DNA from: a virus
Strand: one strand, 5' to 3'
Virus record (IMG/VR): IMGVR_UViG_3300032397_000003
Span: 91,574-155,573 of that record
Length of the DNA: 64,000 nt
Numbering within the stretch: position 1 is the first letter of the stretch; each line of letters starts with the position of its first letter. This document shows positions 39,128-47,573 of the stretch, piece by piece. Below the pieces are notes generated by a model. It saw only the letters and a program-made list of their open reading frames with translations. It was not told where the DNA came from and did no database searches. A program made the position numbers and the translations under genes.

Positions 39128-39883
39128 TTGAAAATATTATATTTAAGTCTTTTTCCTGAAACAAATAGCTGTAATGAAATAGCAAATTTAGAATACTTTA
39201 GAAATTCTGCTGAATACTATGGAATATCAGATTTATTTTCTTATAGATTATTTTCTAATCATGACTGCATGGTTAATACTTTAAGAACCGTTTTTGATTG
39301 TGAAGATTATAAACAAGAGAAACTATTTGATTTTGAAAAATACCCTATACAAGTTGAGAGATTATTCTTTGATACTGTATATAGAGACACTATGAATGAG
39401 AAAAGAGCACATGAAATAGCCTGGTCTAAACAAAGAATATTTGCTTATACTACTTTCAAACATGTATTAGATAGATTTGATTATATATTTTATAATGATG
39501 CAGATATTAAAATAGATGCTAAAGATATACATGAATTATGTAAAGTACTAGAAGTTAGAAATTTTGATGAAACAATATATCCGAGTTTTATAAATATACC
39601 TTATGTTATAAAACTTAAAAAACAAATTGTATCTGATAGCTTTGGATCATTTATTATACCAACTAAAGTGATAGAAGATGTTGCCCATGTAGAAAAAAGT
39701 CTATATGAAATATATGAACAAGATGGAAAGTTTTATAGGAAAAATGCTCCTGATTGGATATTAAGACAGCAACTTATCAGAGAAGGGTATAAGGAAATAA
39801 GAGGGGAAAGTTGTAATACAAAGCATTATATAAATGATAATAAGTATTATGAATTTGATGCAGGTAAATTAACATTTAATTAA
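39128..39883 (+). CDS. putative GT-A glycosyltransferase
   Basis: FDYIFYNDAD DXD motif, FGSFII, C-terminal KH. Confidence 0.6.
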   Translation: MKILYLSLFPETNSCNEIANLEYFRNSAEYYGISDLFSYRLFSNHDCMVNTLRTVFDCEDYKQEKLFDFEKYPIQVERLFFDTVYRDTMNEKRAHEIAWSKQRIFAYTTFKHVLDRFDYIFYNDADIKIDAKDIHELCKVLEVRNFDETIYPSFINIPYVIKLKKQIVSDSFGSFIIPTKVIEDVAHVEKSLYEIYEQDGKFYRKNAPDWILRQQLIREGYKEIRGESCNTKHYINDNKYYEFDAGKLTFN

Positions 39884-39904
39884 AATTATCTCAGAAATTG
39901 TTTT

Positions 39905-39913
39905 TACTAATAA
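39905..39913 (+). promoter_or_regulatory. late promoter motif
   Basis: TACTAATAA overlapping a 16-bp inverted repeat (39895-39910 / 39946-39961). Confidence 0.65.
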
Positions 39914-39982
39914 TAAAATGATATAGGACTTAGGTTCTTAATTGTTTAATAAAAACAATTTTATCAGAAGAGGTAATTTATT

Positions 39983-40264
39983 ATGGCTCAGAGTTGGAAA
40001 AAACTAAAAACCGTCACCGCAACAGTTTCAGCGGCAGATGACTCAGCAGCAAAAAAGTTTATATTCATTGGAACAGGTGTTCCTGCAACCGCAACAGGTT
40101 CTTTTGCTTATGTATTAGGAGTAACTAGATCAGGAGTTGATTTTACAAACAAAGCAAAACATGCTTACAGTACTGTATCAGGGGCAGTTGTTATTCAAGA
40201 TAACGCATCTGATTATGTATTAACAAGTGGTGACATCGTTACTATTATAGGTACTTATATTTAG
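39983..40264 (+). CDS. small Ser/Thr/Ala-rich beta protein, putative virion decoration protein
   Basis: Late motif upstream, GAGG RBS, hairpin downstream, composition like structural proteins, ends LTSGDIVTIIG. Confidence 0.6.
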   Translation: MAQSWKKLKTVTATVSAADDSAAKKFIFIGTGVPATATGSFAYVLGVTRSGVDFTNKAKHAYSTVSGAVVIQDNASDYVLTSGDIVTIIGTYI

Positions 40265-40278
40265 TATCTAATTTTTAA

Positions 40279-40302
40279 ACTCCTCTTGAAATACAGAGGA
40301 GT
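40279..40302 (+). terminator. hairpin after the 93-aa gene (no U tract on plus strand; possibly stabiliser or partial terminator)
   Basis: ACTCCTCT-N8-AGAGGAGT. Confidence 0.5.
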
Positions 40303-40324
40303 AAAAAATTCAAGGAGAACTCTT

Positions 40325-41599
40325 TTGAAATCCCAACAAAAAGTTTTAATCTGTGGAGATTCATTTAAAAATATATCAGGTCTTTCTTACGTGTCTTTAA
40401 GTTTAGCTAAATTCTTTATTCAAAAGAATTATGAAGTAGCCTATTGTATTCTTTCTGGAGCAGATTGTACTAGTAAGGATTTAATAAATAAAGGACATTT
40501 CTTTTATGAGAATCTTATAGATTTAAAGGTATATAATTGTCAAAATAAAAAAGATGGATCATTACAACTATTTAATAACTGTATCAAAGACCATAAACCT
40601 ACTATAGTTCTATCTGTACATGATCTATGGCAATTTGAAAATATATATGTATCCGCCTATAGAGACACCTATACCTGGATTTCCTACTGCCCTATAGAAA
40701 GTGCTTATTATTCTGAATATATAGTTAATCCTACAAAGACAGATAATAATATTAGAAAATCGTTGAGTGCATTGTGTGAGAATATGGATTATGCTATTGC
40801 TTATAATAATGTTGGTAAATCTCAATTAGCTAAATTTAAATCTAGTGTTACTGACAGTCTACCTAATGGATTAGATGATTTTTATTTTGATGAAAGTGAA
40901 ATAGATAGACAAGTAATGTTTAAAGGGGTAGCTAAAGAAGATGATTTTATATTTATGTCTACTGGTCATAACTTTAATCGTAAAGGATTAGATTATGTAG
41001 TAGATGCTTTCTATAAGTTTTTAAAAGCTAATAGTATGAATAAAAAATATAAACTATATCTACACGGTTATCTTGATACTATTGATGCAGGTACAGATAT
41101 TAAATCTATGATATATGAAATGGGAATATCTGATTATGTTATAATGTCACAGGATAATACAAAGACTCCTAAACGAGAACTGTATAAGAGATATAGATGT
41201 TGTGATGCTTATATTGGATTACCTCTAGCAGAAGGATTTGGATATGGATTCTTTGAAGCCATGCAAAGTGGTCTTCCTATTATATATCATAATGTTGGTG
41301 GTATACAACAATATCTAAAATCAAGTGTCAGTTATCCTATAGATAGCGTTGCTACTATGAGACCTAATAATTATTTTTGTGAATGGAAGATTCCTGGTGT
41401 AGATCAGGCTGTTCAAGCTATGATCAAAGTATCTCAATTTTCAAAAGAAGAACTGGAAGATATCAAAGTAAATAATATGAAACAAAGTAAAAAGTATTTA
41501 TGGAGTGAAGTTTATAAACAACTTGAAGTTATAATAGATTTTGATACAGTAGGAAAAACAGGAATATTTAATAAACTAAATATTAAAAGAATGGCATAA
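40325..41599 (+). CDS. glycosyltransferase (GT-B, GT4-like)
   Basis: SGLS, NRKG, AEGFGYGFFEAMQSGLPII; likely TTG start at 40325 after AAGGAG. Confidence 0.88.
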   Translation: MKSQQKVLICGDSFKNISGLSYVSLSLAKFFIQKNYEVAYCILSGADCTSKDLINKGHFFYENLIDLKVYNCQNKKDGSLQLFNNCIKDHKPTIVLSVHDLWQFENIYVSAYRDTYTWISYCPIESAYYSEYIVNPTKTDNNIRKSLSALCENMDYAIAYNNVGKSQLAKFKSSVTDSLPNGLDDFYFDESEIDRQVMFKGVAKEDDFIFMSTGHNFNRKGLDYVVDAFYKFLKANSMNKKYKLYLHGYLDTIDAGTDIKSMIYEMGISDYVIMSQDNTKTPKRELYKRYRCCDAYIGLPLAEGFGYGFFEAMQSGLPIIYHNVGGIQQYLKSSVSYPIDSVATMRPNNYFCEWKIPGVDQAVQAMIKVSQFSKEELEDIKVNNMKQSKKYLWSEVYKQLEVIIDFDTVGKTGIFNKLNIKRMA

Positions 41600-41614
41600 T
41601 TTTTAAATAAAAAG

Positions 41615-41643
41615 TTTAATTTTACCCACTATTTCTATATATT
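41615..41643 (+). promoter_or_regulatory. class II promoter
   Basis: TTTAAT-N17-TATATT. Confidence 0.72.
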
Positions 41644-41680
41644 ATAGGTATAAGAAAAATTTCATTAAGGAGAAAGACTT

Positions 41681-42013
41681 ATGATGAAACAAGTAATGAC
41701 AAAAGAACATAGACAATTTTTAGAGAATTGTAGATCAAGAGAAACTTATCTAAAATATGTTCGAGCAAGGGTTAGGAATGCCTTTGACTTTAACGAAGAG
41801 GAATTACAAACATATCATAAAGCATATACTAAACTTGCTGATAGTGTTGAAAGTTTTAATGGATCACAATTTAAACATCACATTATGACTATTATGAATT
41901 CTGTCTCATCTTATGATGAGAGATATTTTAATTACAAGAAAGCAATTGAAGAAGCTTCTGAATTATATAATAAAGTTAATGTATTACATAAATCAAAACT
42001 AATTAAACTTTAA
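41681..42013 (+). CDS. hypothetical protein
   Basis: AAGGAG RBS after the promoter. Confidence 0.6.
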   Translation: MMKQVMTKEHRQFLENCRSRETYLKYVRARVRNAFDFNEEELQTYHKAYTKLADSVESFNGSQFKHHIMTIMNSVSSYDERYFNYKKAIEEASELYNKVNVLHKSKLIKL

Positions 42014-42023
42014 GGGGGAAGGA

Positions 42024-42224
42024 GTGAAAGAAATACATAACTTATCTGATGCAGTTAAATATTATGCTTTTAATTTTTTATGTGAACACCTAAATAATAA
42101 AATTAAAGAAGTAGAGTTTGATAAACTTGGAGATGCTTGGGATAAAGTAGTTTCCTATAATGCAACTATAACATTTGAGCAGTATATAAATTCTTGGAAA
42201 AGTAGGGGGTATAGAATTGTATGA
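42024..42224 (+). CDS. hypothetical protein
   Basis: GTG start with strong RBS. Confidence 0.55.
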   Translation: MKEIHNLSDAVKYYAFNFLCEHLNNKIKEVEFDKLGDAWDKVVSYNATITFEQYINSWKSRGYRIV

Positions 42225-42481
42225 AACTAATAGCATTGATTATATTTTCAATTATACTTTTTGTTGTATTATGTATAATAGCTAAAGCATCAAGTAACAA
42301 TAGAGATAGATATAACTTTTTATGGGAAGGATTTGAAAAAGATGTTAAGGAGAAAAAAGATGTTCAGTAGAACGTTTATCACAATAATTTTATGCTGTCA
42401 TATAATAGATATCCCTAAAACTGTCTCCGTATCAAATCAAGGGATAGTTTTATTTGTTTATATACTAGCAATTATTTTATT

Positions 42482-42844
42482 ATGGGGGTTACAATGAAAA
42501 AATATACTATACTTTTAATTCTAATATTTATACTACCAACTTTCTCCTATACTCAGAATTATTTTACAAAAGATGGGGAGCAGATATTTATTATTCAAGC
42601 AGATCAATTTAAAGTGTTTCATATACCTCTTAAAGGTAAGAGTACTCAGTATCTTTTTAAACTTACAGGGGAATCTATTTTTAGTATTCAAATTATAGAA
42701 CCCTCGGGAAATAAATGGGATATACATGTTTCAGATAACAATGAAATAATGGTGTGGGAAAATATAATGGACGAAGGGATTTATGAAATAAGGGTATTTA
42801 CGATTACTAAGAATAAAGTTACGTTCATCTGGGGAGAATACTAA
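42482..42844 (+). CDS. exported hypothetical protein
   Basis: Signal peptide from the internal MKKYTILLILIF; beta-sandwich-like mature part. Confidence 0.55.
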   Translation: MGVTMKKYTILLILIFILPTFSYTQNYFTKDGEQIFIIQADQFKVFHIPLKGKSTQYLFKLTGESIFSIQIIEPSGNKWDIHVSDNNEIMVWENIMDEGIYEIRVFTITKNKVTFIWGEY

Positions 42845-42858
42845 TATTAAAAGAAGAG

Positions 42859-43056
42859 GTGCAAATGAATAATAGAAAATTATTAACAAGACAAGATATA
42901 GTTAAATTATGGCAGTCTCAGCCACAGGAATATCTTAACTCTTATTGTTGTCCTTATTGTAGAGATATTCTACATGGGATAGAAGATAAGTTGGTATGTA
43001 AAAATCATATGTGTAAAGGGACTTCTATAAAACATGAAGTCAGTTCTTCAAAATAA
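42859..43056 (+). CDS. small Zn-finger protein
   Basis: CPYC...CKNHMC. Confidence 0.5.
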   Translation: MQMNNRKLLTRQDIVKLWQSQPQEYLNSYCCPYCRDILHGIEDKLVCKNHMCKGTSIKHEVSSSK

Positions 43057-43084
43057 AATAAACTAATAAATAGTAAAAATAAGG

Positions 43085-43507
43085 ATGTCTATAATGAGTA
43101 AAGTTATGTTCAAGAAATTTGTAGTAAAATTCTTTGGTCTTACAGATATAAGTGATATGATTCTTCAAGGAAAGAAAACTCAAAAGGAACTTGATGAAAG
43201 ATATTGGAAAGAAAGATTAGCTGATCTGAGGTTATCTCTTAATAGAGAACATCAGTTAGAACTGTCTGAAAAAGATGCTCAGATATCCATGCTTGAAGAT
43301 TCTGTTAGAGGGTATAAAGCAAGAGAGAAAGAGTTAGATAGCAGGGAACATAAAATGAAATTACAAGTCAAAGATAACTCATTTGTTGTTACTAAAATAT
43401 CTAGTGCTGTTGATGATCTTAGTATGACAATAAGTTCTTTTGTTGGAACTATGAGAGGAATAAAATCTGAAGCAGACGAACATAAACTAAGAATTGAAAA
43501 AAAATGA
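43085..43507 (+). CDS. coiled-coil hypothetical protein
   Basis: Heptad-like charged helix; ACTAATAA motif upstream. Confidence 0.55.
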   Translation: MSIMSKVMFKKFVVKFFGLTDISDMILQGKKTQKELDERYWKERLADLRLSLNREHQLELSEKDAQISMLEDSVRGYKAREKELDSREHKMKLQVKDNSFVVTKISSAVDDLSMTISSFVGTMRGIKSEADEHKLRIEKK

Positions 43508-43668
43508 AATATAGAAAATGCAGTAAATGTAATAGAATCATAGAAGGAACTATAACAAAATATTTTTTAAACAGAATTAAATACAATTGTATATGTGGTC
43601 GTAATTGTATAGTAGATGAGGGAAACAATGGTTTTACAAAACAGTTTGAAGAGTTATTCAATAAGTGA
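43504..43668 (+). CDS. small Zn-ribbon protein (54 aa, not in ORF track)
   Basis: MKYRKCSKC...CICG; ATGA-coupled. Confidence 0.5.
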   Translation: MKYRKCSKCNRIIEGTITKYFLNRIKYNCICGRNCIVDEGNNGFTKQFEELFNK

Positions 43669-43841
43669 GTGACTACGATCCTGATTACACTATCTGCTGT
43701 GATTCAAGAAAAGAGATTAAGAAAGGAATATGTAAGCATATGGTTAAAGATAGCTGTATGCTTTGTTCTATACACAACAATATCAAATGCATGTGTTGGA
43801 CTGACTGTGTAAAGAAAGAACTAAATAGTCTTACCAAGTAG
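43665..43841 (+). CDS. small Cys-rich protein (58 aa, not in ORF track)
   Basis: GTGA-coupled; ICCD..CKH..CMLC..CMCWTDC. Confidence 0.4.
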   Translation: MSDYDPDYTICCDSRKEIKKGICKHMVKDSCMLCSIHNNIKCMCWTDCVKKELNSLTK

Positions 43842-44018
43842 TCTCAACACTTCAGTCACTTTCATCCAATCAAAATCTATTCCATCTTCATCATTGGGCT
43901 TTAACATAGATTCAGCAGTCATGAAAAATTCTAAGAAAGAAAATACAGAGTGCCATTCCTCTTCTGTTAAAACAGGGAGCTTATGTCCTAACTCCCCTAA
44001 ATATCTCATGGGTGCCAT
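43821..44018 (-). CDS. hypothetical protein
   Basis: Follows the neck gene; AGG RBS. Confidence 0.5.
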   Translation of the reverse strand: MAPMRYLGELGHKLPVLTEEEWHSVFSFLEFFMTAESMLKPNDEDGIDFDWMKVTEVLRLLGKTI

Positions 44019-44024
44019 ATATAC

Positions 44025-44780
44025 CTATACTGAATGCAAAAACACAATATCATGGATGCTACTCCAAGCCTCTGCGACCTTGTCTTTCAAATCTGTTGCT
44101 CTAGTGCGAAGAGCCTCGATGTTAATGGTAATTTCCAATCCTGTGTCTGAAAGTATTGAAGCACTATCTGCTATATGATCAAGTAGCTCTGCTTGACAAA
44201 GTTTAATAACATCATCTCTTCTTTCCATACTAACCGCATCAAAATTATTACTGAATTTAGCCCAAGTAACATTCAATGCACCAGTAGTGGAACTATATAC
44301 AATGAGTCTTCTATTTTCTAAATCTACTCTTGATTTTACTGTAGTATAATTATTCTGCTGTGATTTAAACTTTTGTCTCTCTACATCTCTTTGATAAAGT
44401 AATCCTGATGGATTATATCCTTTTACTCCATAAGCACCAATACCTTTCGTAGATGAACCAACCGAGGTAGTCGTCTGAAACATTATGAGATCCCAGAATG
44501 AAGTTCCACTACCAGGAAGTAATCCCATATCAACCACACGAGCATCTAAAACTCCAAAGGTATACGCATCGGGAAAAGCTATAAACTGTTCTCCATTTAT
44601 AGCCCCAACTTGTTCTGCTTTAATAGGAAACTTAACAAAATATTTTTGTAACGAGGGATACACGCAGTAGTCCAGAATGTCGTCATCCGAAAGTAAAAGT
44701 GAATCCACGGCGGGATAGGCTAAAACTTTTTTTATGAGAGCTAAATGTAAATCAGATATTGTTACGCCAGATAATGACAT
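44025..44780 (-). CDS. neck / head-tail adaptor protein (gp13-like)
   Basis: IKKVLAYPAV...LSDDDI; C-terminal ITINIEAL..A..LK pattern; late motif upstream. Confidence 0.65.
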   Translation of the reverse strand: MSLSGVTISDLHLALIKKVLAYPAVDSLLLSDDDILDYCVYPSLQKYFVKFPIKAEQVGAINGEQFIAFPDAYTFGVLDARVVDMGLLPGSGTSFWDLIMFQTTTSVGSSTKGIGAYGVKGYNPSGLLYQRDVERQKFKSQQNNYTTVKSRVDLENRRLIVYSSTTGALNVTWAKFSNNFDAVSMERRDDVIKLCQAELLDHIADSASILSDTGLEITINIEALRTRATDLKDKVAEAWSSIHDIVFLHSV

Positions 44781-44792
44781 ATTTATAAACCT

Positions 44793-45230
44793 CTATAATA
44801 ATATTAGTAAAAGAAAAACTAATAATCCTCCAGCTATAGGAAAACCAACTTCAGCAACATCTCTATATATGATTCTCCATTCTGGTAATCCTTTTGATTT
44901 ATCATTATCTATATTGAGATTCAGATTGGCTACTATATAGTTTAACTCTCTTCCTTCTTTATCTTTCCATATAATTTTAATATTTGTTGTATATAGTCCA
45001 TCTATTTTAGATGCTACTACTTTATCACATTCTATTGTAACTCTATTTTCTTTTTGTGCTAACATAAGTTCTACATACTGCTCTGATCCTATTACAAGAT
45101 TCTCATATTGATCAGGAGTCATTCTTCCTATTGCTATACCATTCTGGGATATAACTATATCATTTGATTTAGCATGAAGTAATCCTGTAAAACATATTAG
45201 AAGCATTATTGCTATGATTAGTTTTTTCAT
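44793..45230 (-). CDS. exported protein with C-terminal TM helix (candidate lysis/spanin-type protein)
   Basis: N-terminal signal peptide, beta-rich middle, C-terminal GFPIAGGLLVFLLLILL. Confidence 0.5.
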   Translation of the reverse strand: MKKLIIAIMLLICFTGLLHAKSNDIVISQNGIAIGRMTPDQYENLVIGSEQYVELMLAQKENRVTIECDKVVASKIDGLYTTNIKIIWKDKEGRELNYIVANLNLNIDNDKSKGLPEWRIIYRDVAEVGFPIAGGLLVFLLLILL

Positions 45231-46481
45231 TTACTTTTTATCCTTTGTTGGTATGTATTGATAGGGTACTCCACCAAATCCAAATTCTACTTTACCTTTT
45301 ATATTAGACATTTTTCTTATATCGTCTTCTGAATATATTTTAGCCATAGAATACTCGACTGTTAAATCACCCCCTATAAATTTAGGTAATCCCTCTAATG
45401 ATTTTAATTGTGGATTTCTATCACATATAAAATCATCCCCTACAGTATCAGGACTATTTTTTAAAGATGTTAGATTATTCATATGACAAGCAAAGTGCCC
45501 ATCAACAGTTCCAAATTTAAAAGGAATTTCTTTTAAGTGTTTATTCCCTATATCAACATATCCCTCAAAATCAACAGTTAAATCCATATTTATAATATAA
45601 TCTTTATTCTCTAAACCTAAATTTTTAATATTATATTCTATCTTTTGTTTCGGATCATGGATATTTATAGTTTTCTTAGCTGGAACATTATCTACTCTTG
45701 TTATAACTTCAAATGCTCTTGTATTAAAGAATACAGCTTGCATAGGTTCTGATGGATGTATATATCCTTTACCTGATTTATCTGCAAATCCACTATAACC
45801 TAAATCTTTTGATAGAATAAGATTCCATTTAGTTGATGATTGCTTTGAATCTGCTGATAAAAAATCAGACAACAATCTTGTTATATTCCACATAGAAACT
45901 GATGGATTTTTTTCTTTAGCTTCTTTTAAAGAGTAATCTATAAACTCTAACCATAGCTCTTTTTCATTATCAAAAATTTGTACATCAAAATACTTTCTTA
46001 TATGTCTAATAGCTTTTTCGGTCTTATATTCTTTAAACATTATTTCTTTATATTTCTTTTCTAATATCTTTATATCCATATCATACTTATCACTACCATA
46101 ATCCTTATACATATCTTCTATAAAATGTGATTTATCTTTTACTCTAATAAATGAAATGTATTTAGCACTACCGGCAAAGGGAGCATAAGAACCAACTGAC
46201 TTAGTATATATATTTTTACTTTCTGAACTTTCAAATCCTTTTGATAAGTTCATAAAGGGTGTGTAATTTTTAACAAATTCTCTAAGTGGGTATGTGTAAA
46301 TCCCTACAGGCGTATTGAACTTACTTTTAGGATTTATACCTATCTTATCTATTTCTGTAAATGATATATAAACATCTTTATCATCTTTATATTTATCTAC
46401 ATAATCCCAAGCACTTATATGAGGATTCTGCTCAGGATTTCTTCTTGCTTCATTGAAATTAAATGGTTTATATCTTTTCAT
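45231..46481 (-). CDS. putative internal head protein: ART-like domain plus C-terminal LRR-like repeats
   Basis: MKRY..FNE leader; TPVGIY and LGYSGFAD..IHPSEPMQAVFF; repeats NNLTSLKNSP / QLKSLEGLPKFIGGD. Confidence 0.55.
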   Translation of the reverse strand: MKRYKPFNFNEARRNPEQNPHISAWDYVDKYKDDKDVYISFTEIDKIGINPKSKFNTPVGIYTYPLREFVKNYTPFMNLSKGFESSESKNIYTKSVGSYAPFAGSAKYISFIRVKDKSHFIEDMYKDYGSDKYDMDIKILEKKYKEIMFKEYKTEKAIRHIRKYFDVQIFDNEKELWLEFIDYSLKEAKEKNPSVSMWNITRLLSDFLSADSKQSSTKWNLILSKDLGYSGFADKSGKGYIHPSEPMQAVFFNTRAFEVITRVDNVPAKKTINIHDPKQKIEYNIKNLGLENKDYIINMDLTVDFEGYVDIGNKHLKEIPFKFGTVDGHFACHMNNLTSLKNSPDTVGDDFICDRNPQLKSLEGLPKFIGGDLTVEYSMAKIYSEDDIRKMSNIKGKVEFGFGGVPYQYIPTKDKK

Positions 46482-46711
46482 TTCTTAACCTTACTCAGTA
46501 TATCTTTTGCGATCTCAATCGATTCACTTAATGCATCTATATTAGGATCAACCTTTGCATCTATAATTTTAAACTCAGGTACTATAACAAGTTTCTTACC
46601 AGACTTTCTAAAATACATTACAGCAAATACTATACCTGCAAATATTGCTATGATGAATATAATAGTAAATAGTGATACTAGGTTGTCTTTAATTGATTTT
46701 AAAAAATTCAT
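46478..46711 (-). CDS. small membrane protein (holin-like candidate)
   Basis: Single strong TM segment in a late operon. Confidence 0.45.
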   Translation of the reverse strand: MNFLKSIKDNLVSLFTIIFIIAIFAGIVFAVMYFRKSGKKLVIVPEFKIIDAKVDPNIDALSESIEIAKDILSKVKK

Positions 46712-46712
46712 C

Positions 46713-47000
46713 TTAATTCCTCTTTAGATATTGCTCTACTTCATTTATAAAATCCCTTCTTTTTATATTCCCACAATTTCCTTTGTCCCAGTCATCTATA
46801 ATTTTAAGAACAGATGTGGCAGTACCATAAGTTCCAAATTTAGTATCCGATATCTTTTTCATTATACTATCATGATCTTTTTGATTCTTAACATCATCCC
46901 ATTGTTGAAATAATTTATTAACAATAGCACCATTATTTATGTCTGGTGATACTATAGTTTGATTGCTTTTTTCTTTAAAATAACTTTCATATCTTTTCAT
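46713..47000 (-). CDS. putative internal head protein
   Basis: MKRYESYFKE leader. Confidence 0.55.
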   Translation of the reverse strand: MKRYESYFKEKSNQTIVSPDINNGAIVNKLFQQWDDVKNQKDHDSIMKKISDTKFGTYGTATSVLKIIDDWDKGNCGNIKRRDFINEVEQYLKRN

Positions 47001-47003
47001 TTA

Positions 47004-47375
47004 TTACACTCCAAAAATACTTAAATTTACGTTCATTGGTGAGGTACTATCTGTGCTTATATCTACACTTGATATTAGTTCTGCAAAAACTGAATCTACT
47101 GAATAAACAAATATTCCATTGATAGGAATAACTATACCTGATGGAACTCCACTATATACTACTCTTAGATTAGCTGTAGCAAGTACTTCATTAGGGTCTT
47201 CTACATTAGCTATAATTTTAGATATAGTACCTACTTTAGATACAGGAACAGTTATCCATCCATCTGTATCAATTAGTTGATAGAACTCCCTCTCAATTTT
47301 CCCAGCCAAAGTAATGTCTTGTGAATTGTATTGACTTGACGTCCCAACCACTTCTACATTTAATTGTATTGTCAT
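47004..47375 (-). CDS. putative virion structural protein
   Basis: Beta-rich protein in a late operon. Confidence 0.5.
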   Translation of the reverse strand: MTIQLNVEVVGTSSQYNSQDITLAGKIEREFYQLIDTDGWITVPVSKVGTISKIIANVEDPNEVLATANLRVVYSGVPSGIVIPINGIFVYSVDSVFAELISSVDISTDSTSPMNVNLSIFGV

Positions 47376-47521
47376 TCTATATCACCTTTATATTTTTCTC
47401 TTTTATATTTTCTACGATTAGACTCAACCCTTGGCTTCTGGACAATAATATGTCTCTTACACATAGATAGTATCTGTTCCTTTTTATCCTTATATAATTT
47501 AATTGTGGCTATTGTTTTCAT
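47372..47521 (-). CDS. small basic protein (49 aa, not in ORF track)
   Basis: MKTIATIKLYKDKKEQ...; TGA overlaps the next ATG; directly after the late motif. Confidence 0.4.
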   Translation of the reverse strand: MKTIATIKLYKDKKEQILSMCKRHIIVQKPRVESNRRKYKREKYKGDIE

Positions 47522-47573
47522 AATAATTATTAGTAAATAAATAATAGAAAATTAAATTACTAATAATTATAAG

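Noticed and set aside
40286-40324. ORF-track start of the last glycosyltransferase
   Set aside because: TTG 40286 lies inside the hairpin; TTG 40325 has the AAGGAG RBS
28671-41599. Host LPS locus, i.e. prophage boundary or contamination
   Set aside because: Interspersed with phage-type small ORFs and the phage late motif, has similar AT-rich composition, lacks wzx/wzy/ABC export genes, and is flanked on both sides by phage genes
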